A DNA stretch of 64,000 bases from Haliotis rubra (GCF_003918875.1 NW_025767457.1:496001-560000), one strand, 5' to 3'. Shown: positions 12,690-26,150, counted from the first letter of the stretch. Program-made: numbers and translations. The notes: generated by a model not told the origin, from the sequence alone.

Positions 12690-13300
12690 TTATGGTCATG
12701 ATGCTAAATGAGGCAAATAACTTAACGATACCCTCGTGAATCCATTGGTTTCCACTTGAGTTTCTTGCAAAGAATGTTAGTGAAACGCTAGGTGGAGTTG
12801 AAAAGGAAAAAAAGTGGTAGTTATCTTGACTAATTCCCCACCATCTCCATCTGCTTGGGATTTTGTCAACTTGGGTTCCGCTGCGATTAGGTCATATCAC
12901 GTCCTGAATGGTTTTCTAATTCATAGTCCTTCATAAACATATGCGTGATACACATGTAACCTGAATGTAGAAATGGGCTTTGCGTTTAGCAGGTACACTA
13001 TTACTATGTTAAGGGTTTGCCGTTAAAGTTTTATTTGCATATCTCTTCACAAAGGAATATATGTCAGTCCAGTGCCAGTGTCACCAGTTTGATGTCTCCT
13101 TTCTGATTAACTTACAAGCTCTATGGTTTTGTGAGATGGGTAGAGAAGGATGTAATATTATACCAAATAACCGGGTTCGTCTCATACGTTTGCCCTTCGC
13201 CATTGATGGTCAATCGCCATCTGTTCCTTTGGTGATGTTTCATCCGTCGATGCAAAGATAATCTTCATTTTAAGTCGATCACATATTGCCTAAAGGACTA
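12690..13300 (+). pseudogene. Two adjacent PLE RT relics
   Basis: IHWFPLEFLAKNVSET and SGSYLD* (12741-12833); then FDVSFL, LIRLPFAIDGQSPSVPLVM, DNLHFK (13090-13275). Confidence 0.6.
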
Positions 13301-13499
13301 CCGGAATATGAGTTTCAAGACTTTATATGAGCCTCAGAGGCCAGTGAAGGTTAATCATCTGCTGTTAGGCCCATAGGCATTAACAAATTAAATTTCATTT
13401 GAAGTACATTTGACTTTAAAGAAAGTCAGGGTAATTGAGAGACATGATAACAATTGCCTTTTTTCTACTATGTGAGGTTTAGTGTGTGTCACTGTTTTC

Positions 13500-13868
13500 A
13501 TTGCAACATATGTTATATATTTTGGGATTACACTTTCTTAGTAAAGTACAGATTCTAGTACTTTTTGGGTTGAGTCCCATCCGAGTCAGGCACCTAATCG
13601 CCAGCACACAAAGTCAGACGCCTAGACCGCTCAGCCACCGCGGCTTCCACAACAAATGGAAGTCGGATAACTGGTAGTCTAGATTGCGGACTTTGTGTAC
13701 CCCTCTGATAAGTGTTAATTGGCACGGCTCCCACGGCCGGAAGCTATGACATACACAATGCGATTTTAGAAAGTGGTCAAATGTAACATATGTTACTAAG
13801 AAAGTGTAATCCCAAATATAACATATGTTACATTTGACCACTTTCTAAAATAGCATTGTCTATTTCAT
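13500..13868 (-). mobile_element. tRNA-containing non-autonomous element with Penelope-like direct plus inverted terminal repeat, copy 1
   Basis: Minus-strand tRNA-like A box gcggtggctgagcggtctaggcg; terminal segment is repeated directly and then inverted, giving a ~40-bp-arm hairpin at 13755-13859; second copy at 49921-50260. Confidence 0.7.
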
Positions 13869-14179
13869 GTTTTCATTGCGTTTTCAACCGCCATGTTGGG
13901 AATTGATGTTGACCATCCATCAAACATTATCAGGAGGACACAAACTTGACATCGAGGGCATGCAAATCTGTACAGCGAGGCCTTACACAAATCCGCCTCC
14001 AGTGGTTCCACCTAAACATGAAAAAGAATAATTCTCTGAGTAAGATAGAAATCGTTTGGAGGTCATAACGTTGCAGCGACATTTGTTATATCAACAGCTT
14101 CAATACATGCATAAGTCAAGTCATCTGGGATACGAAAACATTTGTTTGAACTTCAATTTTATTATTTACATTTTGTCGT

Positions 14180-14430
14180 GCTGGTATAGTTACCATTTTT
14201 TATTTACACGATTATCTGCATTGGTAACACAAATTCTTTTGAGAAAAAGCGTGAAAGTTGCTAAAGCAAATGGGCATTGCAGTCTTTTTAGGTAATTACC
14301 ATACATGTCAAACCACATACGAAATACGGGGCAGTGATTGGCTGAGGTACCATACCATCAGGGTTGATTTACGAGTTAGGATTAGTCTATTACCATACTT
14401 AGAGGACATGTCTGTGATATCGCTGTTCAG
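14180..14430 (+). pseudogene. Hyper-diverged PLE RT relic
   Basis: IGNT..LLKQMGIAV..LPYLEDMSVI; compare IDNI..FxQxVGIPM..FRYLDDLLSI. Confidence 0.5.
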
Positions 14431-15399
14431 ATCCATCAGAAAACGTAATACACGCAAAAAGGTTAACAAGTAACTGATGTTATGTCATGTACATTAAAAG
14501 TAGGGTGTTTATCCAGATAATGTATTACCCTTCAGAACTGGTGTTATTTTGACTTGAATGTTGTAAATCATGAATTAAAGTAAGGCAGGCTACAAATTCG
14601 AAACGCCAACGCAATAGAAAAATCAGTCTCTATCTGATTCCTCTCGAAATAAAAAAGCAAAACAGCTATGAAACTACAAGGAAGTATAACTGCAAGTCCG
14701 TCATCACACCTATTGTTCATGAAAGGGATCAGCACATGTGAAAACATGGCCTGCTGTTACGTAAGCAAAACGTTCCAACCCTTTTATGTTTAAAAGAGTG
14801 AGTGAGTGAGTGAGTTAGGATTTTAAGTCACATCGGCAATATTTCAGCCATATCGTGACTAAAGCAAGCTGTTTAAAAGAAATCTCGATTTAAAATTCTG
14901 ACTCTTTCATGAACATGTATTTATTCGCCAAATGTTCGCTACAAGTTGCGCTCACCTTAAACACATGTAAAAACAAGGCAATTTTCCATCTGAGAACAAC
15001 GTCAATAGAACATGATTTTCTTATAGGTCCTAAGAGGGAATAGTTGAGTTGAGTTGGGCTTTATGTCACATCGGCATTATTCCAGCCATATAGTGACGAG
15101 ATCAAGTTTGCATTTATTACCATTCTAAGCCAAGACAGGTACATTGCTCTTCATCACGAGGGAATAGTATGGACTTGATCATGTTTGTTATCCTGTAGTT
15201 CTAAAGCTCTTTTCAGCAAGACGAGTTCAGGTTTAAAGACAGTGTTTAATGGCCTCCACTATAGTGTTATTGTCGTGTTTACGTTCATGCTCTTTCTCAT
15301 TTTCACGGACATAGACCCCTCATTGGCCTCAGTGAAATTCTAATATTTGAAATGTATTTGTGTTTCATATTTCCTTCAGATCCATCCCTTCGCAAATAT

Positions 15400-16400
15400 T
15401 CTCTGAGTATCTACATATAACATATCAATGCAAGATTAGCGTTCGATTGTGAATGTGACACATCCGACGTCTACTGGTGATCCATTCCTCTTTCAGTTTG
15501 CTGAGGCACGCACACCTATGTTCCCTCAATCTGGCGTACTTGACGTTTCATGGCATTGTGGAATAAACCTAGCATTTATATATGACAGTTTCTGGTATTT
15601 CTACTGCGGCAATTTGTACCTCTCCTTGTGCCAGATGCATAGTCAAATGGTGTTTTGTTGAGACTTTCATCTGTGTCCAAATTTACTTCTGTCTCCCAAA
15701 CTACAAACCCTACAATTGATGCTTACATTCCCTGATGTTGGACGCTGCTATTGTGATTGCTAGATCTAAGTCAAGGATTGTTGCACGAAATGCTGGTTAT
15801 TTGTCTTTCACTGTAGACATCTTATCTCAGAGCGTAATTTACGGAGCAGCGGCGATTGGAATCATGCTGCAATCATTAATGATAATTTTACATCTATCTT
15901 CTCAGGATGGTAGGGATATATATGAATATGCAAGTGTAGCTTTTCATCAGGAGGAATTGCTTTAGTTGATAACAGAATTAAAAATAACCATCATCGTATT
16001 GTCATTATACATAAATCACATCTTCTTGTCAAAACTCAGGGTATAGTATAGTACGCCACTTGAAGCGTATTCTGAGGTGTATGTCCCTCTCTCGTACCAG
16101 ATACCAGATTTGCTGATGTTACAGTGAGTGAGTGAATACGGTTTTACACCGCTTTTAGCAATATTCCAGCAATATCACGGTGGGGAACACGAGAAATGGG
16201 CTGCACACATTGTACCCAGGTTGGGGAATCGAACCCAGGCGTGACGAGCGGACGCTTTAACCACGAGGCTACCCCACCACCGCGCTGATGTTACATACTT
16301 TATTGCGGACGACTTCGACGATCTGAACAAAGACATGGTTATCGTTGATGCATCAAAATGTATTCAATGCGGTTTAATCGTGAAACAGGATACTGTACGG
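15400..16400 (+). pseudogene. Hyper-diverged PLE RT relics (interrupted by a SINE)
   Basis: SIVNVTHPTS; NAGYLSFTVDI..SVIYG; YFIADDFDDLN..LIVKQDT. Confidence 0.4.
16124..16283 (-). mobile_element. tRNA-headed SINE family B with 12-bp TSD
   Basis: TSD gctgatgttaca at 16112-16123 and 16284-16295; reverse complement of the 59254-59423 element. Confidence 0.9.
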
Positions 16401-17259
16401 TCGTTGTTGGACCCGAATGGTGTTGAATTTCGCTCAGGGCACTGTCTTCATCGACGTCTTTATTCTTCAACTTCCTGTGTTGTTAAAACATGTTAAATAA
16501 ACTACAACACACATACGTATACATAAGGGATTGATACGGAAGAAGTGAAACGGGAACACGGTATTTTAGTAAGAAATAAAGTCGGTATATATGCTATACG
16601 TGCACATACTAATGGATCAAATAAATCAGGCGGGTTTTAAATGATATTGTACAGAGTTAAACTGCAATTGTACCCACGTTAGGAAACAGTTACTGATACA
16701 TGCAAACCAAGACTACAGACTATAGTTCCCTGAAAGTGGTCGACTTTACTTCCAATACATCAGACATTAGTTTTATAATTAAGATAATTAAATTATAACA
16801 CTCAATGTTTACATTTTCATGGTCATGTAATAATATATATACATAATAAAGCCGTAGCACAAAACAAGCTATCCAAGTGTTCATAATTCTATGTTCCAAT
16901 ATATAAGTAAGTAAAAACTATTCATCCCTGCAGTAAACTCCTACTCATGTTTATGTTTTAATTCTTATTATGACATTACACATACCTAGGCCTGCTTTAT
17001 GTAATAAAGCAAAAAATGGTAAAATCAGATACAAAGAATAGTATTGACAAGCATAAAGACGATGAACGTTTACATGATAAACATTATCAATGTTCATGAT
17101 ACATTTGCATACTTTTACATAGTCTCATCATAAATCACCTATAGTTAACTCCGACTTTGCATCGTTTGAAATCTTCCAAAAGGATATAAGTTTGTACATT
17201 TTAGCCAGCAGTCAAGCAAATGTGCGTTCCATTAATGCCATTAGATGCTAAACACGGAG

Positions 17260-17513
17260 TTGAGCGCTCAAGATATTAACTTGTGCGCACAAGATACTAA
17301 CTTGTGCGCTCAAGATACTAACTTAATTGCGCTCAAGATATTAACTTGTGCGCTCAAGATACTAGAATTGTGCGCTCAAGATATTAACTTGTGCGCTCAA
17401 GATACCTTAATTTAGTGCGCTCAAGATACTTAACTTGTTGCGCTCAAGAGTGGAACAATAACTTGTGCGCTCAAGATATTAACTTTGAGCTCATTAAGAT
17501 ATTAACTTGTGCG
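17260..17513. repeat. Minisatellite of ~12 x 21-bp units with a palindromic core (cttgtgcgc[a/t]caag-atattaa)
   Basis: Direct reading. Confidence 0.92.
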
Positions 17514-17654
17514 AATACAGACAAAACTGTTACATGTATGCAAATGTTCGAAGGCATGCAGAATGCATTTTCTTCCTGTAATGTGGGTATTCTAAAAATA
17601 TATATCTTCACGTTGTCAATGTCTTTACTATTCAGAATATTCATATACATGTAG

Positions 17655-17832
17655 TTAGAGTGGTTTTACGCAGCCTTTAGCAAAATTTTCTATCAATATC
17701 GTGGGGGACACCAGAAATGGGCTTCACACATTGTACCCACGCGGAGACCACACATTGTACCCATGTGGAGAATCGAACCCGGGTCTTCGGCGTGTCAAGC
17801 GAACGCTTTGAGCACTAGGCAACGCCACCGCT
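17655..17832 (-). mobile_element. tRNA-headed SINE family B
   Basis: Matches 16124-16283, with an internal duplication of cacacattgtaccca. Confidence 0.85.
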
Positions 17833-18086
17833 CTCACATAGTTAAAGCTCTATGTTCTATTATGAAGGACTTGATAAAAACAGCATTGTGTGATAGTAAA
17901 CATTTAGTAACAGCTTTCAACCACATCATATTCCTGGCAATGATTTCGTAGAAACGGGTGTTTGGTTTCCTCACTGAGTGTAAATATATACAAATCTGTT
18001 ATGCTCATGACTGTACTCTTGGTAACATGAATGACCATCTTACCATCTAACGTGAATTGTTTCTGCTTGACCTCAAGGTTTTCGCT

Positions 18087-18257
18087 NNNNNNNNNNNNNN
18101 NNNNNNNNNNNNNNNNNNNNNNNNNNNNNNNNNNNNNNNNNNNNNNNNNNNNNNNNNNNNNNNNNNNNNNNNNNNNNNNNNNNNNNNNNNNNNNNNNNNN
18201 NNNNNNNNNNNNNNNNNNNNNNNNNNNNNNNNNNNNNNNNNNNNNNNNNNNNNNNNN
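18087..18257. other. Assembly gap (N)
   Basis: Run of N. Confidence 1.
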
Positions 18258-18398
18258 AAGATGGATTACTGTTACTGAGATGTAAATATTACCTTCATTG
18301 TCTTTATTGCTTCAGTCACTGCTCTTATAATATACTGCCTCGGATTTCTTACTGTCACACAATTTTGTACTGCCAAAGTGATATCTTTGTATTGATTT

Positions 18399-18900
18399 GT
18401 GAATTTCGTTCATTTTAGAATACAAGTGTTAATTGCAGCACAGTTCTTTGTTTTTGTTGGTTTCAGACATGGTTCTTTCACTGACTCATTCCCGTTTAAC
18501 CTTTTTGTTTCAACTTGGAAATCAACACGTAACAGTTATAAACATATATTCGTCGAAAGACACAAAAGGGCAGAGCACACTTACTGTTGCCTTCTTACGG
18601 TAGATACAGTACATGTAATATCGTGAGCGTTTGGATGTTAAAGGCTTGGAACGTGGTTTGCCTTAAACATTGTCTCACTCATTCTACAGTTAGAAGCGGA
18701 ATGGTTTTATGAAAAAACTTTGTCACTTGAAACGGAACTCTGATGAACATGACGTTAAACAGACAGTTTGCCAGCTTCACAATTTTGTTTTTCTTGCCTC
18801 TAATTCATATCAGTCGTTCCTCAGTCGAGGCTTTCAGGGCCATCACATGTCATTGATGGAGGACCCGAAACGATGTTGTGAAGGTGAAAGACACATGCTT
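18399..18900 (+). pseudogene. Hyper-diverged PLE RT relic (core to thumb)
   Basis: FVHFRIQV..VGFRHGSFTDSFPFNLFVSTWK..KRAEHTYCCLLTVDTV; HNFVFLASN..FQGHHMS; motif order matches VGIPMGTNCAPLLANLFLYSYE..RYIDDV..VNFPFLSSN..AYGVYIS. Confidence 0.6.
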
Positions 18901-20009
18901 TCAAAAATATATATTGATTTTACATTGTGAGAACTAAGTGTGTAATTACACATGTACATTTTGTGTGGGTTTTACATTAGTTTTATGAGGATTCACATCG
19001 TTAAAATCCATTTCACCAACCTCTTAGAAATGTTGCTACGTTGTCCTTGAATGCAGACTCGATATTGCTAAACCTAGTCACATACGTTCTCTTGTGGTTC
19101 AATAAAGAAATTACAATTTCAATGTATCCCATGAATAACACTACTGGTGATTGAGTTGATGATTTGATGGTAAAAGATGAAATCAATAGAATGTTTTGGC
19201 TGAACTATTACTAGGGCGGGAGAGAGTGTATACCTATTTTGAGCGTGATGTTAGCTATTATATTTCACATGGATTTCTGGATGATAATTACACCTGAAAT
19301 GATGAACTTTAGGTGTTACATATAGACAAATGCTGAAGAGGAATACGTTTTCGTTTTGAACATTATTTCGATCTGGATGACAAAAATGGACGTAAACATG
19401 TTCATTCATTCAATTGGTAATTGAATTTCTATCGCCATAGCTGTGATTATATCTAATTTTTGGCATTTCAGTTATTTTTAATAATAGATAAATATTCTTC
19501 ATAGTTGTAAGAAAGGTGACATGATCAATATGTTTCAGGTTTCGAAAAACGTAAAACCGCATCTGTCAATAGCTATGCAGTTTCACTTAAATCTATCAAA
19601 AAATACATTTGTAGATGCATCAATAAAGTCTAAACCAGGCGAAGATTTTGGCGCAATAATATTCAATATTCAATAATATTCAAGTGCTAAATACCAGTAC
19701 ATCATGAAGCGAATAGTCACTTAACACTCAATCATCTCATTCACAACAACCCGGCTTGTTTGAAATCACAAAGAGCTTCATATACAGTAGAAGTTAATTC
19801 GTCAGATCGTCAGAATTCGGAACATAAGACTGATGTGTTTTTCATCTCTTCCGTGAGGAATTTCCTGTGAGTAAGCAATAAACGCCGCCTGACAGGTTAA
19901 GCCACTCTGTTTGTTTTCACTGCTATTAGTGGCGGCCAAAGAGACAGCTGGCAGTTCCGGCAATTACTGATTGCGCGAATAATTGACCGCGCGACGTAGT
20001 CTAAACTGT

Positions 20010-20056
20010 CAATTCCGCGAAAATTTCACCACGCGAAAATAAGTACGTTTACAGTA
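20010..20056. mobile_element. Solo TIR-like end of a TA-targeting MITE
   Basis: cgcgaaaataagtacgtttacagta; partner TIR not found. Confidence 0.4.
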
Positions 20057-20214
20057 CATGTGAATGAGCTGTAATTAATTATTAAATTATGTAAGCTGCA
20101 AGGTTTTGCTTATTTGTACTTGGCTTTGTTAATGACTACCATTAAGTTGAAATTAGAAGCAGTATGAAGTATCTAGACAAAACATGTCTTGTGGAGTTCA
20201 GTTTCATTGTTCTG

Positions 20215-21030
20215 TGAGTGCGATGTTTCGGCATTAATGCTAGAACAGTGATTAACAAGTCCGTAAGACGCGGGTATTAAGTTAAGACAGCATATACAGA
20301 TAATAACACAACAAGGAATGGTGTCTAATGATAATAGTGAATGGAACCAAGTGAAGAATCCCGTAATACCAAGGTGATTGCCCATGTATGTGGTGTTTAG
20401 TTACAGAGTGTTACACTGGATCCCACACTATTATTCTGGTAGATGAGGTGATGGTAACCTGATGGGACCTTGGTCTCTGTATAGATTGAATATTTTCGTG
20501 TGTATTGCCTACAAAAGTTTTCTGATTACTTGTTTCTATAGGTTGTTCTTGGTCTGATGACTAAGGGTTAGTTGCATGTAAACTCAGATGGCTCATTTGG
20601 TGTTTTGTTTTGTCAGATAATCAGTGGTTTTCTGTGAGGCAGATGTTGATGTTTCTCCGATGTACGTTCTTTCATAGCTGCATTTAATCTTGTAGAATGT
20701 GTCTCATGGGGTATGGCTGTTTTCGAGTTGCCTATCTCTCGATGATTGTCTTCCATATAATGCTCCTGGTGCAGACGATGGCTGTGTTGGATTATTTAAG
20801 GGCTCTTCGCAATTTCTGGATGACTTGCTAATGTGTGCGGGGGTATATACGCAAATGGCTGAGCAGAAAACTGACAGAAGCAATTCTTTTATGCAATCTC
20901 GTTTCGAAAGATAAGGAAATAAAAAGCATGTTTTCAAGAAAGCCGTGGGGACTCTTTGTCCTCAGAATTCGTACCATCCTTTCCGTTAGACATTCATTCG
21001 TATTCACACTTTCCCGTGATGTAATCTCTC
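20215..21030 (+). pseudogene. Near full-span compressed PLE RT relic
   Basis: CDVSAL..KLRQHIQ..MYVVFSYRVLHWIP; LFSSCLSLDDCLPYNAP..SSQFLDDLLMCAGVYTQMAEQKTD; SMFSRKPWGLFVLRIR; seven motifs in canonical order. Confidence 0.7.
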
Positions 21031-21491
21031 TTCGACTTATTTGTATTCTATTTGCAACATCTGTTTCATTATTTTCGTATGCCTACTTCTTAGCCGGACC
21101 TTGGGTTGGGAATACGCGTCAACTAAGGTCGGAACAGAAACTCTGGACAGCAGTGTCAATATCGCATTATTATAGTCCATTTTACAGAAGCAAGGGTATA
21201 GCCATTGTACCTAAGATGAAATAAATAGAATATGTTTCCAAATGATTTCACAAATCCAGTGATTGGCATAATGAGCAAATATCCACGCGAATGGGACACG
21301 ATGACATGCATGAACCAAGTGAGGGAAACTAACCTCCCGGTTCCGTTAGTCACCTCATACCAGTAGGATGGGTAGCTGAAGAATATTTAGAAATACACGT
21401 ATTGAAAAAAGGTATTCTTTATTTATGAACAGTTTGTGTGTATTCATTTTGGGTTAATATATCGCTTGAAATGCAACGAGCCTAATTATAA

Positions 21492-21892
21492 GAGTGAGTG
21501 AGTGAGTTAATATTTATCGTCACATCGGCAATATTTAAGCCATATCGTGACGAGAACAGTTTATAATCATATTAAAGATCAATAAAGTTAGAAATTAAAA
21601 ACCTGTTGACGAAGAACAGTAAAACTACTAGTGTATCACAGATATCCATTTAAAACTAGCAATTAAATCTAAAATATTGGAACTATAAATGACAATACAA
21701 TATAAAAACAGGCTATAGAGTGCCAACGACTGAAAGTGAGTGAGTGAGTCTAGTTTTTAAGCCGCACTCGGCAATATTCCAGCTATATGGCGGCGGTCTG
21801 TAAATAATCGAGTCAGGACCAGACAAACCAGTGATCAACAGCATGATCATCGATCTGCGCAATTGGGAACCGATGACATGTGTCAACCAAGT
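21492..21892 (-). mobile_element. Family C LINE-tail copy (21492-21736) abutting a family A SINE (21737-21892)
   Basis: Both begin with (GAGT)n on the + strand and match other copies. Confidence 0.8.
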
Positions 21893-22699
21893 TATAGTCT
21901 GTTTGCAGTGAAAACGTAGCGATGAATGTCACTTTAACCCAAAAATTAAACAAATAAAGTGAAATTAAGACTGCGAATCCTCATGATTTTACCTCGCCAA
22001 TTGAACATTTAAATCTCAGAATTGTATTCGACTTAGGATAAAAGTTGTTTAACAAACGATCATAGTTTCACATGGCAATAATTGGTTTGTATTACAAGGG
22101 GCATGCACATCAAATGAAAACGAAAACGACAAGGGTTGTTATAAGTTAACGCTCTTCACGTACCACACGTGCATTTGTTTCACTGTTCCAACTACTGCGC
22201 TTACCCCCTTGTAACACAAACCAGTGCCCATAATAAACAGTAAAAGGAAAAAAACCCACGGTGCTCTCATATTCTGTCATATCGATTTCTTGAGCTAGAA
22301 GATATATTTGAATGAAGTATAATATATCCCTTTCCAAATTGTTTCCCTAAATGACTCTTAGTTCATGTGTATTCTAACAAAAGACGAGGATCTTGTAATA
22401 TTCTGGAGTCTTTGGTGTCTTCAGCATTGTCCAAAACTAGAATAGAGTCAAAATAGAGTTCTGCATGACATTGTGAAAATAGATGGCATTATGCGTTGCC
22501 TTTTGTGATTGCCTGGAAAGTTGAAATGCATTATTACTCTTTCTCAAATGAAAAAAAGTAAAGATTCTTATATAGCATTATGAAGATGATTACTCTTTGT
22601 ACAAATTGCCAGGTAAATTGGTAAGATCGTTTATCTGGGCTAAATTGCCTTGATAAATCCCTATGTATTTCAACTGGATTAACTTTGCTTCTATCAATG

Positions 22700-22960
22700 C
22701 CTTTACGCCTATGACAAACACAGCGCTAAAAATACCTTATTAGAATCGGTCCAGGGAAATGATGCGGTATTGTGTACATATGTTGAATTTCAGTATATGA
22801 AACTACCGTGAAGGAGCTAACTCCTTCGTAGGTATCCTCTCTTTGCTGACACAGTATGACAGGGATTCCAGTAGGTGGCATGCAGCATGAAAACATCTTT
22901 GAACATCTTATTGCGTTAACATTGTAACTGTACAGTGGAACTATATTTTTGATGATCGGA
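22700..22960 (+). pseudogene. Compressed PLE RT relic
   Basis: TQR*KYLIRIG, VHMLNFSI, MTGIPVG, NYIFDD in order; compare QRRYKYLVLG, KMLEFLI, VGIPMG, RYIDD. Confidence 0.68.
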
Positions 22961-23284
22961 TGAATGACTGAATTGCGTAGATTGACCCTTATTATGTCAA
23001 TCATTTGATTGTCTGGTCCAGGCTAAAATGTCTACATACCGACTTATAACTGGAATATGCGCGCAAAGATAAACAGCAAACACATGTCTGAAATTCGGGT
23101 GGTTGGCAGCCATTGAAATGAGGCGCTCATAAAATATGATCACTTTCTGGGCGTCTTTCGATTTCCATGTACCATTTACCATGGAACGTGTAACGTCAGT
23201 GGAACGTGTTTTCAACCGAAGGTCAGCATAGTGTTTAATCATGTGCGGGTAGTAGAGCATTCTTTCGGAGAATAAAAGCTTTAT

Positions 23285-23620
23285 GGATATATGGACAATC
23301 TTTCTATATGTGTTTTACTGGAATTATTCATCAATGATATAAACTTATGCATTTCAGGATGTACATAATAATATTTCTTTATATATCTGCATTTCTTAAC
23401 GCTACTTGCAGTATGCTGGGCAAACAAGCATAAAAAGTGAAACTCATCTTCGACCTCGTGTAAGTTGCACATTTGGCAGATTCTACTTTCTTTCTCAATA
23501 CCTTGGTATCTCCTTGTTTCCTAGTTTCAACATATAAATCAAGCATCATGCGAATGGAGCAGCGGAATCTCGCCAATGAAGATTTATATTTCCTTATGGT
23601 CAAGACTGAAAGATAATTGG
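23285..23620 (-). mobile_element. 3' end of a non-LTR retrotransposon ORF2 (C-terminal Cys/His motif; clade unresolved)
   Basis: SSLARFRCS..LYVET..CNLHEVEDEFHFLC..YIKKYYYVHPEMHKFISLM. Confidence 0.8.
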
Positions 23621-24059
23621 ATTTTTAACAACAATAACAAGATTACTCATTTGTTTCCACTCTAGATATCGGTTAGACGAAGACTGAAACAAAGTACCTA
23701 TTGAAGAGAGAATACATGGCATTCTGATGGCATATACTCTTGAGTCCATCTCTCCTCATTTTGTCTTGAAACTGTTTGTTTCACAAGTTTTCTGGGAATT
23801 GTTTATTTCAATTCGGCTGTGGAAGCCTTGCATATGTAGCAAGACCCAGTTTCCGATGAGTGAGTGAGTGAGTGAGTTGGGTATAACGCTGCTTTGAAAG
23901 TTGAGTTATATCACGAGTTCTTTTTCCTATGCGCAACGATGCAGTGTAAATGGTACCTATGAAAGATACCTATCTTAAAACATTGCCTACATTGCAGTGT
24001 CAGTGCCCCGTCACATGTTATACTTTATCCTCGTTGTGTCTTGTGTGTGTCTTGCTATC

Positions 24060-24400
24060 TAATGATCTGTCACAACGTTGCTTTATGGACAATAGAGATG
24101 TGGGATACAGAAGCTCTGTTATCACTTTGTAACTATTCACGACTAGACATGATAGTAGAATACAGAAATATCCACTTTGATTCTGTGCCATTTAGTCACT
24201 TTATAGGTTTCCAATGCAGATACCTAAAAGCTTACTGAACTGTCACGCACCTGCTCCGTGATTACAGCTGTTTGATCCAACTGTTGTAGAGCATAGATAA
24301 CTATGTCTAGATAAGCTGGGGGCAGACACCATAAAACGTCAAACGCCATAAAGGAATCAGTCTCGATTACTCGACGAAATTGGTGCCATTATGTGTAAAG
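24060..24400 (+). pseudogene. Hyper-diverged PLE RT relic
   Basis: LWTIE..NIHFD..CRYL..SIDNYV*ISWG..KGI..LVPL. Confidence 0.55.
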
Positions 24401-24951
24401 GCACAACAGCATGGAAAATTAGATGAATTGACCGCTGGAAATCAGGGATGACACCAGATGTTCACTCAAAGGATAACCCTGCATTAAAAGTATTCTTCTA
24501 GTCCTTGCACCACACATACCATCTGATGACGGCATTCAAGTGATGGTCAAGAAATCAATTTAGACCATTCATTTATTTTGTTGAAACTAAAGATATATGT
24601 TCATTTTTATTGGCGATGATATTTTTCAATAGGTACGTTTTGCTTCAACACAGTATGTATTCTCAGGACGATGCTGTGTGATTGGGTGTTTGTGGAATAA
24701 TAATTTTCAGGTAATAAAAAATGAGATGCCATGAAATACTATCCATTCTGTTAACATATTTTCAACAACTTCCATTCTGTCATCAACGTACGAGAAACGT
24801 TTTAACGTCATAAACTATGTTATTTTGAGTCACATGGAATTTAAAGTTACATCTGCTTGGTTTTACCAACACAGTGACTATTATCTAGTTCAAAAATGTA
24901 TTCCTAACATGTCATACATGGCTTTGTCCAATACATTGGTATTCAACCAAT

Positions 24952-25510
24952 ACTGAAGATCCGGGTTAGAATTGGTCTTCATCAGTCCGTGCTTGTTATA
25001 AGAGCCGACTGGCGGGATCGGGTGGTCAGGCTCGCTGACCTGGTTGACACATGTCATTGTATCCCAACTGATGTCAGTGACCGATGTGATATAGCTAGAA
25101 AATTGATGAGTGCAGCGTTAAACAACACTATTGATATCAAAATCATCTGGCGTGTGGCGCCTTATACGTTTTGTAATTTGGATGCAAGTATTTCTTAAAT
25201 CAAGCCATAAACATCTTGGTAGTGCAGTATTAAATAGCTGAGATTACAGATGCAAGATTAGCAAAGCAACAGAGTAACGCACCCGTGAAGATCCCGGTTA
25301 GAATTGATCTTCAGCAACCCATGCTTGTTGTAAGACTGACGGGTTCGGGTGGTCATGCTCGCTGATTCGATTGATACATGTCATCGTATCCGAATTGCGT
25401 AGATAGTCTGATCCAGACTCGTTAATTACAGACCGCCGTCATATAGCTGGAATACTGCTGAGTGTGTCATTAAACAACAACTAACCAACCATCCAACCAA
25501 CCAACCAATC
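24952..25510 (+). mobile_element. Two family A SINE copies (24952-25125, 25281-25510)
   Basis: gaagatcc(c)gggttagaattg.tcttca... shared 5' end; (ACCA)n tail. Confidence 0.85.
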
Positions 25511-25662
25511 AACAGAGATCCGAGGGACAACGGTTGTAATGACGTGGTTGTGCTGGAATGGAATAGCCGTGCTTTGTTACAATGTGCCTTACAGCAAAGT
25601 GAATGCATCTGCTTGTAAATCAGTTCCTTCACGCCGATTCCCGAGCAACAATGAAGAACACG

Positions 25663-25848
25663 NNNNNNNNNNNNNNNNNNNNNNNNNNNNNNNNNNNNNN
25701 NNNNNNNNNNNNNNNNNNNNNNNNNNNNNNNNNNNNNNNNNNNNNNNNNNNNNNNNNNNNNNNNNNNNNNNNNNNNNNNNNNNNNNNNNNNNNNNNNNNN
25801 NNNNNNNNNNNNNNNNNNNNNNNNNNNNNNNNNNNNNNNNNNNNNNNN
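25663..25848. other. Assembly gap (N)
   Basis: Run of N. Confidence 1.
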
Positions 25849-26024
25849 TCGGTGCTAACAGGTGTCTCTCCATTGTACGATTCTGACCGCACCATAAGCA
25901 TGAATCACCAACCTAACGTAATGATACGAGTGTTCGCTAAAACCTAAGCCTATCTTGCCCTTGTAAAATATTGCCTGGTCGCTTTGACCGTCTCGTCTGT
26001 TTCATATATAATCTAAGCATAAGA

Positions 26025-26150
26025 TTCAGTATCCCCGCAACTCTAGCTTTTGGTGTTTACATTTCAACTTGCAAGGTACATTTGAGGATGCTCTTTCACG
26101 AAGATTTCGAAGAGTCTCATCTCACACGGCTCTTGTTCACAGAGATTCGA
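26025..26150 (+). pseudogene. PLE RT thumb fragment (relatively well preserved)
   Basis: SIPATLAFGVYIS / LARYI*GCS; compare NIPAAPAYGVYISQLIRYARACS. Confidence 0.75.

Noticed and set aside
13700-13745. Hammerhead ribozyme (ctgataag...)
   Set aside because: The required GAAA core is missing and the region is deleted in copy 2
17260-17513. CRISPR-like appearance of palindromic repeats
   Set aside because: No unique spacers, 21-bp period, eukaryotic context, no cas genes
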